Position numbers and translations under genes: made by a program
Shown here: piece after piece, positions 1-28,978 of the stretch
How positions within the stretch are numbered: the first letter of the stretch is position 1
Layout of the letters: each line of letters opens with the position of its first letter
Notes under the pieces: generated by a model
What the model was told of the DNA's origin: nothing
Database searches by the model: none
Seen by the model: only the letters and a program-made list of their open reading frames with translations
Assembly: GCF_009914755.1 (NCBI RefSeq)
Contig: NC_060929.1
Length of the DNA: 64,000 bases
DNA from: the human T2T-CHM13v2.0 reference genome, Homo sapiens
Reading direction: 5' to 3' (one strand)

Positions 1-6071
<6,071 letters not shown>

Positions 6072-6614
6072 CTGATTGCCCTTTTTAACAACAGCCTGGT
6101 TTTCTAATCTATCTATTCAGTTCCCTGATGCTGGACACTTAGGTTGTCTCCAAATTGTCTGCCATTATAAATAACCCTGCAAAGAATCTGGGTGGCCTTG
6201 TCCAATTATTTCCTTTGGGAAAATTCTGGAAGTGGAATCTCTGGATCAAAGGGCCCGCCCTGTGTGTGGAGATGGCCTGGGTTCTGCCTCCCGTCAGTGG
6301 TGAGGGAAGGCCTTGCGCTGCCTTCATCTCATGCTGCTGTGGGCCACTTGACCTCTCCCTCCCAAAACCAGACATCACCATGGGCAACCTGAGGCTACTG
6401 CCCATCAATCTCGATCTCTAGTGGTCCTTATTCTTCTTCCCTGCCCTCTACATGACAAAAAAAATTCCAAAAACCTTTCTCTATGTTTCCACCCCAATGC
6501 ATCAGACATAATGAACAGGAGAACCTGGAGCTGTAAGCCTACAACAATGAGGCTTTAGGTTACTGAGACCAGGGCTGTTGGTCCTTACCACTGCTGAGAC
6601 AGAGCCTTGCTTAC

Positions 6615-6661
6615 CTGAAACACATCTCCATTGACTGTGGTCCCCATGTCCTCAGAACCAG
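6615..6661 (-). CDS. CLTB: Clathrin light chain B, coding exon 2 (47 nt); later exons lie beyond the window start
   Basis: Minus strand reads CTGGTTCTGAGGACATGGGGACCACAGTCAATGGAGATGTGTTTCAG, giving (A)GSEDMGTTVNGDVFQ in frame with exon 1. Acceptor ctccttgttctctttccag, donor GTAAGC. Too short to appear in the ORF track. Confidence 0.97.
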
Positions 6662-7459
6662 CTGGAAAGAGAACAAGGAGATAGCATTACTCACTGTTTA
6701 GCTTATAGCAAGCAGGAAATGGTCCTACATTAGCCCCTCAACCCAAACTCTGTGTATACCCATGTATATATCGACCCACATGCAAACAGACATAATGGAT
6801 ATATATATAACTTAGGCTCAATCCCACCCCTGACTGTTTATAAAGCCTCTCACAGCCATTAGTACATTTTATGTTCACCACAGCCCTGCAATGAAATTGT
6901 TGTCAACCCATTTTACAGATACTCAAGCTGAGGCTCAGAGAGGCCATGCTCAAAATCACCCAGCCAGTAATAGCTCCTTACCTACCTGAAATCACTGACC
7001 CCTGGCCATGGCTGGGAATGGCCAGATTACCTGTGAAGCCTGTGCCTGGTGAGTAGGCTGAGCTGCTGTAAGCTCAGGGCAGGGGCTACACTGGATAAGG
7101 AAGAGAGGGGCCTACGCGTCTCTGCCTGTCCCTGAGGCGCCTTGAGCAACTGCTCCTCCTGGGTGAGCAGGAGTTGCAGTTCCCACCAGAAGCACCTGGC
7201 ATATTTTTTCTCTTTGTGCCCCTCCCAGAAGGAATTAAGTTTGCCCTCAGCAGTGACTCCTCCCTGTCCCTTTCCTTGACATTTGATTAGTCACAAATTC
7301 CTGGGGCTTCTGCTACAACACTGACATTCACAGTTGCCCTCCACTCTCTCCCGCAGCTCAGCCCCAGCCCAGGACCTCACCACCTTGCACCTGCACAACT
7401 GCTTTGCCCGCTAGGGGCAAACACCTGGGAAGACATAACTGTGTCTCTTTCTCTTCTCC

Positions 7460-8080
7460 TGTGTCTTTCCCAGAGACTTGCATGCACCTGTGACTTTGCA
7501 GGTGCTCAATAATTATTTGTTGAATAAACAAGTAAATACATGCATGAAAGAAAGACAACGACTGCATGGCTTTTGCCCATTCACAGGCCCCCTTGACTCC
7601 AGCCTCTCCCATCCCTCTTTCAAACCAATTGCCAGGGCTGACAGTCTGTAAAACATGCACTTACCTGTGCCTCTCCTCTGACTCAAAATGTCATGAAAAC
7701 AAACTCCAAAGAAATCCACTTCCCATGGACCACAGTGGCCTATAGCGCCTACTCCTGCCTTGGGGACTTTGCAGGTGCTGTTCCCTCTGCCTGGAAGGCT
7801 GCTCCCTCACTCCCTTCAGCTTCTGCTCAAATGCTGCCTAATTAAAGGCCTCCCTGACCACACCCCCATCCACCCCTTGGGCACCCCTTCCTATTCCTCC
7901 TGCAGTATTAAGCGCACTTACTACAGCCTGCTGTGTTTATTTGTGTATGTGTTTATTATCTGTCTTCCCCCAACAAACAGACCCTCCATGAGGGTGTGGA
8001 CTTGGTTTCATCCATGATGAGGCCCACCTACAACAGTCCCTGGAACATAACAAGGACTCAATAAATATTTGCCAGATAAG
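7460..8080. mobile_element. L2 3'-end fragments
   Basis: ggtgctcaataattatttgttgaat, tgctgttccctctgcctggaa and actcaataaatatttg motifs. Confidence 0.6.
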
Positions 8081-8251
8081 TACATCTAACCCTGGAACAT
8101 GAGGATCTCTACAATCTGGCCCTGCCCATTCCTGACTCACTTCCCACCAGCCCATCCCACAAACCCTAAATTCTGGTTTCCTCCTTCTCCAAACACACCA
8201 CCCTCATCCCCATGCTTTCTTCCTGCTTCCCTCTCTAAAGAATGCTTTTTT

Positions 8252-8571
<320 letters not shown>

Positions 8572-11500
8572 TTATTCTCCAAGGTCCAGCTCATAAGTCA
8601 CCTCCTCTGGGAAGCCCTCCTCTGCTTCCTTTACTTCCCTAGGCACTTACGGAAGGTCTCACTTCCGGGGTATCCCAGGATATCATACAGTATCCTGCAC
8701 CCTCTTGTGCAATTACTCATGACCCCCAGGGTCCGTGTGTACCCCCTTACCAGGCTCCGTGTCCTATTCAGCTCCTCAGGGCTCCAGCACGGAATGGGTG
8801 AGCAGTAACTATTGGCTAAATGGAAGTTGAATTGTTGTTTTGAGGCCTGCTGTTATCTGCAAGGCTCTCAGAAACTGCTGTGCCTCCTAGCAAAAAGCCA
8901 TGGAGGCCACATGAGGTTAATAGGCAGATGGACAAATAGCCCTTCACCAGCCAGACAGGGCTGTGAGCAGCGACAGTGTGTTTGGCCTGGGGACTCAAGG
9001 GAAGGGTACTTAATCCCATGGAAATAATCCCCGGGTGACATAAATCATAATTGACTTTGCTTTCAGAGTCAACCAGTGATTGATTCCAACCAACTCTGTC
9101 AGCTGTCACTCCCATTCCTTCAGATAAGGCTTCTCCTGCATGGGTGTCCTGGCCCCTAAATCACAGTGGGACCAATAGCATTTCAGTGGCAGCATCTTCT
9201 GCAAAGGGGCTTCTTCTGCTGGGGTGTCTCCTCTAGCAGGGCCTCACGTTACCAGGGTCTATTCCCTGTGATGCCGGTCTGTACATTTGGCCTTCTCGAG
9301 AATTTGCACCACCCTACTCCGCCCTGACCAACCCCAGTCTCAGACCCCACATCTACACACAGCTGCCTGGGGTCTACCCTGACCTTCAGAAAGTCTCTCT
9401 GCCTCAGCCTCGAGAGTGTTCCTCTGGACATGCAGTTTCGGCCTCCTTAAGAGTCCACACACACCTACACAGCATTCCAAGTACCTGTTCCCACAGTGCT
9501 CTCCACCCACCCACTGCCCATCTACCACCGGGAGTCCACACTCACAGGCCAGCAGAACAGGACTGAGACAGAGACACGTCCCAGGGATAAACCCCTGAGG
9601 GTTTGCTTCCCTCAGCTGCCTGACCCATTTTGGAACAAGGGCAGAGAGGGTCCAGAACATTCCTGTGAGCTTACGAGGCCCAGCGGGGGAAATGGGCTTG
9701 CCCAGAACTGACAGGCAAGTCAGAGCCAGGCCTGGTGCTCAGAAAACTGGGTGTGAAAATGGAAACCTACCCAAGGCTGATGAATGGAAACAAAGTGTCC
9801 ATCATCCAGATCACCCAGGGCCACAGATCCAGCCAGAGAGGAGGGGCTCCCTGTGGCTCCAGCACAGGCCTACACCAGATACCTCTTTCCCCAGGGGCAA
9901 CTGAGCCCAGTGTCAGCACAGAGATTGCTAATCTGAGGACCCCAACATCTAAGAGAAGGTGCCTCAGAGGTACTGACTGGCGGCCGCTGCTAAGCCAGCT
10001 TTTGCCCAGCTCTCAGCAGGCCAGGGCGCTTTTTCTCTGCCCCATCCAGGCTCCTGGCACACATCCCTGGTCAGGGGAAGATTACCTGTTCAGCACTGCA
10101 TAGGCTGAGAAGGTCAGATCAATTCTAGCCCATCTGGCCATCCACTGAGCCGCCATCCCTCAACACCTCCCTGCTCCCCGATCCAACTAAGGAGGGCAGC
10201 TGAGCCTTTGCAGAGTCAGCAGGTATGCGCCTGGGAGACCCTCAGAAGGCTGTATCCCCGGCACCTCCCTGGAAGAAGCGAGCGTGTCATTGTTTCTCTC
10301 CCTGTCACCTCTGGTCTGAGGCCAATTTGTGCCCCACCCCTGCCAAGGACAGAACTTGCCATCCAGACTGTAAGTCCCTGGAGCCCCACCATCCTGGGAG
10401 AGGCCACAACCTGCTCAGCTCCCTCAGGCATCTGGCTGCCCTCAGCCTGAATCCCATCTTTTCTCTCCTGAGGTTCTCACAATGGCTCCCCTCAGCAGGA
10501 CCTCCCCACAAGGCCTCCCTCCTCTTCCCTGCACCCCGACCCCAACAGGCCCCAGTGAGCCAGACTGAGGAAAAGGGTGGTCTCACAGAGGTGTGGTCCA
10601 GTGAATACTGGTGCATTAACTGGGGCAGGCATTTCTTAGGAATTCCCTGGGACACGGCAGATTCTGTATTGAGGTGCTGGAAGCTTCCACTTCAGAAGCC
10701 CTCCATTGCTGTCTCAGATAGGTGGCAAAAGACCCCATGCTTCTCACCCCACATCCTATCTCCTGCCAGGGAGGTGACTGCTATAGAATCTTTTTTTTTT
10801 TTTTTTTGAGACAGGGTCTCACTCTGCTGCCCAGGCTGGAGTACAGAGACGTGATCACAGCACACGGCGACCTACCTACACCTCCCGGGCTCAAGCTATG
10901 CTCCTGCCTCAGCCTTCCCGAGCAGCTGGAACTACAACTACAGCTACATGCCACCATGCCTGGCTAATTTTTGTATGTTTTGTAGAGATGGGGTTTCACC
11001 ATGTTGCCCAGGCTCCACAGCATTTGAAAGAGCATGGAGCCCAGAGTTGGGAGGCGTGGGATCAAGTCCTAGATTGGTCATTCCTGGCTGTGTGACTCTG
11101 GGCAAGATACTCAGATTCTCTGGGCCACCGGTTTCTTGCATGTTACAAAAGCCTGGTTACATTTCTCATATCAAGGAGATACAGAGTTGCTTCAAACTCC
11201 TCAGCCACAGGAACTGTCTTATTCATTTCTGTATCCCCAGCGTCCTGACACACAGTAGGTGCTCAGTAAACGTTGAATGGATACAAACATGACTGTGAAG
11301 AGCCTTGTAAACATCATTAACCAAAATATGTCTATATGTATATATGTTAGCACTTACTACAACAGGCCCATAAACCTTTCCAAAATGACATCAACAGGAA
11401 GTAAAACCTGTTTTGGATGTACCCATGAAGGTGATATCTACTTTTTTACTAAATATTTTACAAAATCATTCTTGCTAGCCAGAACCAGGGCAGAAACATC

Positions 11501-12439
11501 ATTGATAAAGATGATTTCACAGGGACTAGGCCCTGAACACTGAGGTCTGAAGCCAATCACAGTAAATCATAATAGCCCCGGACCACCTTTGGAAAACCAT
11601 TAAGTCGACAACTACAAAACCCTGAAGGGCCCTACCGCATCTGACTGATGCCTCTTTGTGGCCCACACTCCGGTGTCTAACTCAGAGCCAGACACTTGGT
11701 AGGCAGTGTGGTCAGGTGGAGAGGGCTTCAAGTCCGACAGGAACAGGTTTAAATTCACGGCCAGGTGTGGTGACTCACACCTGTAATCCCAACACTTTAG
11801 GAGGCAGAGGTGGGAGGATTGCTTGAGCCCAGGAGCTCAAGACCAGTCTGGGCAACATAGCGAGACCCCATCTCAAAAAAAGGAAAAGAAAAAATATATA
11901 TGTAAAAGAAAAAGAAACAGGTTTAAATTCTTGATCTGCCACTTACTAGTTATTTCAATAGCATACTCCCTTGAGCCTCAGTTTTACCATCTCTGAAATG
12001 GGTTCAATCACGTGTATGAAGTGATTAAATGTAACCAAGGCGCTTAGCCCAGCGACTGCCGAATGCCAGGCGGTCACCGGGGAAGGTTAGTGAGTTCCTG
12101 GAGCACCCAGGATCCTCTTTTTTCCCAGCTGCAGGAGAGAGCTAAGCCTGAGGGGCCAGGAGGGCTGTGTTCTGCCCACACCTGCACACTTAGCTGGGAG
12201 CCTGGGACACCCAGGCTATTAGGAGGCTCAGGAGGGACTCTCAAAACTGAGGTGGGGTTGGATTCCAGAGCCGGGCAGTGGGGAAGCTGGCCTGGGGATG
12301 AAATGTCATGACCGAATTCCTGTCCCGGGAGTCACCAGATCCACAGCCCCAGGCGAGGCCTCATCCCCAGCTCGGAAGTCCTACATGGAGATCTCCAAGA
12401 AGATTCTTCCCCACGTCTCCCAGCTCCTGCCCCGGGTGG

Positions 12440-13200
12440 CCTAGAGCAGGCTCTCTTCCCTGTGCCCCTGGGCCCCGGCCGGGGTCCCCCGGGTGCGCGC
12501 CCTGAGCCCCTCTCCAGGCCCCGCGCTGACTCACCCCCACTCGTGGGGCCCGGCTGCGCGGGGGCCGCATGGCTGCCGGCAGGTGCCCCGAAGCCCTCGT
12601 CGTTCTCTATGCCTGCAATCTCGCTCTCCTGCTGGGCCAGGAAGGCGGCCGCCGGGTCCTCCTCCGCCGCCTCCGGGGCACCGCTCTCCGACGACGAGAA
12701 GAAGCCAAAGTCATCAGCCATTTTCCCCGCGCCTCCGCCGGAGCCTCCGCTGCGCTCGGCTCTGCCCGCGCCTGCCCCGCGCTGCGTCCGGCGGCCGCGA
12801 CGCTGTCACCCGAGCCGCGGGGAGCCGGCGTCGGCGGGGACGGGCTTGGCGCGGACCGCACTTCCTCTCCGCCACCGGGCCCGGCTGGCTGTCACTGCGG
12901 TGCGGGCGCCGCGGCGGGAGGAGCGGAGCCGGAATGCGGTGACGTCACCGCGGGGGCGGGGCCGCAGGGCCGGGAGGTCGCCGAGCAGCGGCCGCAGGAG
13001 GGCGCCTCAGGACTGGGCGCAGCGCTGGGCCCGGGACCGGCGCGGCGCTTCCCTCCCTCCGCAGCGGCGCCCAGCTGCTCGCGTCGAGGACACCTGGGCT
13101 AGGCACTGCTCCCGCCCGGCCTGGAGGCGAAACGCAGGGCACAGAGTGGCCGTACCGTGCACAGAGCTGCGACAGGAGGCCACCTCTGGCCTCGGGAGCG
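12440..13200 (-). promoter_or_regulatory. CLTB: CLTB CpG island, promoter and 5'UTR
   Basis: Very GC- and CpG-rich around exon 1. CRE TGACGTCA at 12940-12947 and GC box GGGGCGGGG at about 12953-12961. Confidence 0.9.
12535..12721 (-). CDS. CLTB: Clathrin light chain B, coding exon 1 (187 nt, codons 1-62 plus 1 nt)
   Basis: Translates as MADDFGFFSSSESGAPEAAEEDPAAAFLAQQESEIAGIENDEGFGAPAGSHAAPAQPGPTSG, the LCb N-terminus with the conserved EEDPAAAFLAQQESEIAGIEND segment. Strong Kozak context (aaaATGg) and GTGAGT donor starting at 12534. Confidence 0.98.
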
Positions 13201-14749
13201 CAGACCTGGCTCCTGATTCATTCTGCAGAAGTTTCTTCTCCTAGGTTGGGATGTCATGCACCTCATTCTATGAGCCTCCGCCTCTGTAAGAAGAGGAAAA
13301 TTGAGGCTGGGAAAGGCTGCCCCGCACCTTTTCATGCAAGTCCAGGTCCTTTCCCACTAGGCCGTGTTGTTTTGTGTATTTTTTTGTGTATCTCCCTTGA
13401 GGAGGCTTCAGTTCATACGACCAGAGTTTGGATGGCCAGCTAGGCCCCTTAAATGTCCTTTAGGTATGAACCAGCCTGAGAAAGGCAGACCTGGTTTACC
13501 CAGGCAGCCTACCACTCTCCACGCTGCCCGCTGCCCTCTGTGAACAGGCTCTGAATGCCTCCTCCCTGCCTGCGCTTTGCCAAGCACCAGGACAGCAACG
13601 TTTTATAAAATCCAGCCATGGCCATGCGGAGATTACAATCCGGTGAGACCAACAGATGGCAAATGGCCTGTCAAAGCACTGTGTGTGAGGCGCTGTGACA
13701 TTTAAACACGGGGTATAGGGAGACGATGCAAAGAAACACCATGGGATTTGGGCTGTCTGCTATTTCTAATGTGGGACTTGAAAGGCAACTATGAAATATG
13801 GACTGGAAGAGCGAAAGGAAAGATGTGCCGCCAAGTTGGGGGTGGAAGTGGAGTTGGGGTGAAGGGACCTTCCAGGTGTTTTTTTTTTTTTCTTTTTAAT
13901 TTTTTTATTTAGAGACAGGGCCTCGCTATATTAACTGGGCTGGTCTTGAACTGCTGGCCTCAGGGGATCCTCCTGCCTTGGTCTCCCAAAACACTGGGAT
14001 TACATGTGTGAGCTACCAAGCCCAGCTGGAACTTTCAGTTTAATTGGTAACAACTTGAGCACCTTTTGATGTTACTGTTTTTGGGGGGGTTTTTATTGTT
14101 TTATTTAATTAAATTAATGTATTTATTTATTGCTGTCCATTTGCATGGTTTTGTTGTTGTTGTTTGTTTGTTTTTTGTTTTGAGACAGGATCTTACTCTT
14201 GCCCAGGCTAGAGTGTAGTGGTACGATTATAGTTCACTACAGCTTCAACTCCTGGGCTCAAGTGATCCTCTCATCCTCAGACTTCCAAAGAGCTGGGATT
14301 ACAGGCATGAGCCAACACACCTGGCCTTTTTGATGTTATTGTAAGTGGAAGTTTTATCTTCTTTTTTGATTGCGTATTGTTAATGCATAGAAATTTAACT
14401 GATTTTTGTGCATTGGCTTTGTATCCTGCTGCTTTGCTGAATTCATTTATTAGCTCTAACATTTTTTGTGTGTGGAATATTTAGGGTTTTCTGCAGATAA
14501 GAGCTTATTAGCCAGGTGCCATGGCTCATACCTGTAATCCCAGCACTTTGGGAGGTGGAAGTGGGTGGATAGATTGAGCCCAGGAGTTTGAGACCAGTCT
14601 GGACAACGTGGCAAAACCCCATCACTACTAAAACTACAAAAAATTAGCCAGACATGGTGGTATGGTGCCCGTAGTCCCAGTTACTCAGGAGGCCGAGGTG
14701 AGGGAATCACCTGAGCCCGGGAAGTCAAGGTTGCAGTGAGCTATGATTG

Positions 14750-15940
<1,191 letters not shown>

Positions 15941-16279
15941 ATCACACCACTGCGCTCCAGCCTGGGCAATGAGAGTGAGACCCTGTCTCTAAATAAATAA
16001 ATAGCATCTGCAAACAGAGATACTTCTTACTTTCCAATCTGGGTTGCTTTTATTTCTTTTTCTTGCCTAATTTCTCTGGCTAGGACTTCCAGTACTATGT
16101 TGAATAGAAATACCAAAAGTGGGCATCCTTCTGCACAAGTTGTCCAAATCAAACTGGAGTCACTTATGCCAAACCCTAGCAAAATGGACTCAGGAGGCCA
16201 TAAATGAGGGGCTCCCATGCACACATGCCTATGATAGAAAATATTACAAGGACTGTCTGAGGCTGGGCACGGTGGCTCA

Positions 16280-16672
<393 letters not shown>

Positions 16673-16846
16673 TCAATCTTGGAATAATGCTACCCTTGTT
16701 ATCAATCCTTGTAGCCAAGGATAATTTTTTCAAAACAACTTACGTAGCCTTCCTCATTTTGCCTTTAAAACCCCTTTCCTTCCTTTTTCTCTCTGAGTGC
16801 CCCCCTCCATGGTTCACCATAGTACATGTATTCCCTGGGATGCAAC

Positions 16847-17475
16847 TGTAAACAAGAAAGTATCACAGACAGGTCTCAATCAATTTAGAGGTTTATTTTG
16901 CCAAGGTTGCAGGCACACCCAAGAAGAAGAGACACAAGACACAGTATGATCTGTGGCATGCACTTTTTTCCAAAGAAGATTTTGAGGACTTCATTATTTA
17001 AAGGGGAAAAAGTGGGCAGGAGGAGAAAGAAGAAAGGGGAAAAAAAGGAAGGTAGACAAGTGAGATAAGCCATTGCATTCTTTTGAGGCTTTGATTAGAG
17101 CTCACTGAATCCATACGTTCCATGTGAAAAGGACAGGGTAGAGGAATAGTCAATTACATATTCATCTTGCACTCAGTAAATCTGTACATAAGATAAACAG
17201 AGAGTAGAGGAAGAGTTCAAATATGCATTTGTCTGACAGGGGCGTGGGGGGGATGATTTCTAGTCTCCTTTTGTCCCGCACCTGTGAAGATAAGCTGTTA
17301 ATTTACATTGTCAGGGTGAGGGAGGCCACCTGGGGAGACATGTGGCCTTCTATCTTATACCTATCTGTTTAGGAACAAAAGGAAAGGCAGTTTTTTTGTG
17401 TGGCTTAGTTTCCAAGCTTAACTTTTCCTTTTGAGTAGTGAGTTTGAGGTCCTGAGATTTTATTTTCCTTTCACA
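16847..17475 (-). mobile_element. MER4-family solo LTR
   Basis: Minus strand starts TGTGAAAGGAAAATAAAATCTC and has ccttggcaaaataaacc near its end. 4-bp TSD caac/caat. Confidence 0.8.
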
Positions 17476-17480
17476 CAATC

Positions 17481-17838
17481 TGATATGGTTTGGCTGTGTC
17501 CCCTCCCAAATCTTATCTTGAATTCCCATATGTTGTAGGAGGGACCCGGTGGGAGGTAAATGAATCATGGAGGCAAGTCTTTCCTGTGCAGTTCTTGTGA
17601 CAGTGAATAAGTCTTACAAGATCTGATGGTTTTATAAAGAGGAGTTCCCCTGCACAAGCTTTTCTCTCATTTTGCCTGCTGCCATCCATGTAAGACATTA
17701 GTTGCTCCTCCTTGCCTTCCACTATGATTGTGTACTTCCCCAGCCACTTGGAACTGTAAGTCCATTAAACCTCTTTCTTTTGTAAATTGCCCAGTCTCAG
17801 GAATGTCTTTGTCAGTAGCATGAAAATGGACTAATATA
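17481..17838 (+). mobile_element. THE1 (ERVL-MaLR) solo LTR
   Basis: TGATATGGTTTGGCTGTGTCCCC start, ATTAAA signal, ggactaatata end. 5-bp TSD caatc/caatt. Confidence 0.9.
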
Positions 17839-19903
17839 CAATTTGTCATTCATTCCCAAGTAATCTCACTTTTTCTTAGAGCCACTCTCCCTGTCGTTAT
17901 TTTAGGTTGACTCTCTACTTGCTCCTGATCCTAGTGGATGAGCTTTCAGTCTTCCACCATGGAGTATGATGTTTGCTGTGGATTTCTTTTCTTTTCTTTT
18001 TTATAGAGCTGGGTCTCACTATGTTGCTCAAGCTGGTCTCAAACTACTGGGCTTAAGTGATCCTCCTGCCTCTGCCTCCCAAAAAGTGTTGGCATTATAG
18101 GTGTGAGCCACCATACCTGGCCAGATTTTTCATATATGGCTTTTGTTACATTATATAACTACCTTCTGTTCCTACTTTATTGACTGTTTTTATCATGAAA
18201 GGGTGTTGAATTTTGCCAAATGTTTTTTCTGCTCTATTGAGATGATCGCATGGTTTTTTTTTTTTTTTTGAGACGGGGTCTCGCTCTGTCACCCAGGCTG
18301 GAGTGCAGTAGCACGATCTCGGCTCACTGCAAGCTCCGCCTCCTGGGTTCACGCCATTCTCCTGCCTCAGCCTCCTGAGTAGCTGGGACTACAGGCGCCC
18401 GCCACCACGCCTGGCTAATTTTTTTGTATTTTTAGTAGAGACGGGGTTTCACTGTGTTAGCCAGGATGGTCTCGATCTCCTGACCTCGTGATCCGCCCAC
18501 CTCGGCCTCCAAAAGTGCTGGAATTACAGGCGTGAGCCACCGTGCCCAGCCGTGTTTTTTAAATTAATTCAGTTAATGCAGTACATTACATTGATTGATT
18601 CTTGTATGGTGAACCACCCTTGCATTCTGGGTGTAAACCCCATTGGTCAAGGTACACAATCCTTTTATTGTGCTGTTGAATTCGGTTACTGAGTATTTTG
18701 CTGAGGATTTTTGCATCAATGTTCACAAGAGATAATGATCCATAGTTTTCTTTTCTACTAGTGTCTTCTTTTTTTCATGCTATTACTGGGACTTGTAGTG
18801 TCTTTATCTGGCTTTGGTATCAGCATAATGCTGGCATCATAGAAAGAGTTAGGAAGTGTTCTCTTCAATTTCTGTGAGAAGTTTGAGAAGAGTTGGTTCT
18901 TCTTTAAATGTTTAATGGAATTCACCAGTGAAGCCATTAGATCCTGGGCTTTTCTTTGTCAGGAGATTTTTGATTACCGATCCAATCTCACTAGTTATAG
19001 GTTTACTCAGATTTTCTATTTCTTTATGGTTTAGTCTTGATAGGTTTTTGTGTTTCTAGCAATTGTAATGGTGTGATCTCGGCTCACCGCAACCTCCACC
19101 TCCCAGGTTCAAGCGATTCTCCCTCCTGCCTCAGCCTTCTGAGTAGCTGGGATTACAGGTGTGTGCCACCACACCTGGCTAATTTTGTATTTTTAGTAGG
19201 GACAGGGTTGCTCCATGTTGGTCAGGCTGGTCTCACACTCCCAACCTCAGGTGATCCTCCTGCCTCAGCCTCCTAAAGTGTTGGGATTATAGGCGTGAGC
19301 CACCGCGCCCGGCCACAGTAGTCTTTTATAATCCTTATTATTCCGATGGAATCAGTAGCAATGTCCCCATTCTTGTATCTACTTTTAGTGATTTGAATCT
19401 TCTTTTTTCTTAGTTAGTTCATCTAGCTAAAGGTTTGTCAATTTTGTTGATCTTTTCAAAGAACCAACTTTCTTTTTTTTAATTTTTTATTATTATTCTT
19501 ATTTATAGAGATGGAGTTTCACCATGTTGGCCAAGCTAATCTTGAACTCCTGACCTCAAGTGATCTGCCCACCTCAGCCTCCCAAAGTGCTAGGATTACA
19601 GGTGTGAGCCACCATGCCCAGATGAAGAACCAACTTTCTATCCTCATAAATTATTTTTGCCCAGACTAGTGGAGTTTTATTCTATGGATGCACAGATTAT
19701 TATTTGGCTGATGATTTAAAGCTAATTCCTATGCACATTTCTGGAATTCTTGCCCTGCCTAGCTCCCTCTTCTCAGTACTTTACCCTGCAAATCCTAGCC
19801 ACTTCAACTTCCCCAAACTCCTATCTCTGTCTCTTGCCTCTGTGAGACTGCTGGACTCTGTTTGGGTTCCCCTTACCTTCCTAGCAGCTTAGAAATTCCT
19901 TCA

Positions 19904-20224
<321 letters not shown>

Positions 20225-20241
20225 TCAGGCAGAAAGCGTGG

Positions 20242-20822
20242 TGTTCTGCTGTGAGCAGATCTAAGCTAACCTACCTCCAAAGGCCAAGGGAGCTGAGAGG
20301 CCGAAGAAAGAGGTTGACAAATCCAGTTTATCAGAAAGAAACATTTAATAGAGACTTACAAACAAAAGCCTTGTCTTAGACAGCCACACGGCAGTGGATC
20401 TCTGCAACTGCCATCCAGAAATTATCCTTTTTATAGCAAGATTTTAGCCTCAGACCTCTTGTGAAACTCCTGACCACTGGGGAAGTTAAATAAGCTCTTT
20501 TTTTTTTTTTTTTTAAGAGACAGGGTCTCACTGTGTTGCCCAGGCTGATCGCAAATTCCTGGGCTCAAGCGATCCTCCCACCTCAGTCTCCCAAAGTGCT
20601 GGGATTAAGCCACTGCAAGCCAGCCTAGATAAACATCCTTATGAGAGGTTGTCTCTGGTACAGGCACTGTTTCTTTGCAAGGGGTTATCTCCATTACAGG
20701 CATTGTTTCCTGACTTTGCTGCAGGACTGCCTCAGTATATGCACTAGTCAAACATGGGTCATTATGGTGGTTTCCCTTTAAGATAGTGTTACTCTTGCCA
20801 GGCAACAGGCTGTTTTCCTACA
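20242..20822 (-). mobile_element. ERV1 LTR (MER72-like) with an Alu monomer insertion
   Basis: Minus strand starts TGTAGGAAAACAGCCTGTTGCCTGGCAAGAG, has TG...CA termini and flanks cgtgg/cctgg. Confidence 0.6.
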
Positions 20823-20903
20823 CCTGGAAAATCACAGGGTTCACCCTGTTTGTTTCTCTTCTCTCAGGGATCACAGCCCTGTGCTGCCCATTGCCAATGT
20901 CTA

Positions 20904-28508
<7,605 letters not shown>

Positions 28509-28978
28509 CGTGAACCCTGAATACCTGAGACAGGTCTTAGTTAATATAGAAAGTTTATTTTGCCAAGGTTGAGGACACGCGCCTGTGACACAGCCTCAGG
28601 AGGTCCTGACGACATACGCCCAAGGTGGTCAGGGCAGAGTTTAGTTTTATACATTTTAGGGAGACATGAGACATCAATCAACACATTTACATATGAACAT
28701 TGGTTCAGTCCAGAAAGGTGGGACAACTTGAAGCAAAGGTGGGACAACTCCATGGGGAGGGGGCTTCCAGGTCATAGGTAGATAAGAGACAAATGGTTGC
28801 ATTCTTTTGAGTTTCTGAGTAGCCTCTTCAAAGCAGGCAATCGGATATGCGTGTATGTCAGTGAGCAGAGGGGTGACTGAATAGAATGGGAAGCAAGTTT
28901 CTCCCAAGCAATTCCCAGCTTGACCTTTTCCCTTTAGCTTAGCGATCTGGGGGCCCCAAGATTTATTTTCCTTTCGCA
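28509..28978 (-). mobile_element. MER4A1-like 5' LTR of a provirus
   Basis: Minus strand TGCGAAAGGAAAATAAATCTTGGGGCCCC...CAGGGTTCACG, followed at once by PBS-like TTTTGGTAACCGTGGAAGGATTCTG. Confidence 0.88.

Noticed and set aside
12332-12534. C-terminal half of the 129-aa ORF starting at the CLTB ATG
   Set aside because: Read-through past the GTGAGT donor into intron 1; the real protein continues in exon 2.
12462-13244. 260-aa plus-strand ORF and overlapping ORFs antisense to CLTB
   Set aside because: Ala/Arg/Pro-rich, no ATG start, and expected from stop-codon scarcity in a CpG island.
16847-17475. This LTR as the missing 3' LTR of the 21.2-29.0 kb provirus
   Set aside because: Different length and sequence from the 5' LTR, has its own TSD, and is separated by L1 and other elements.
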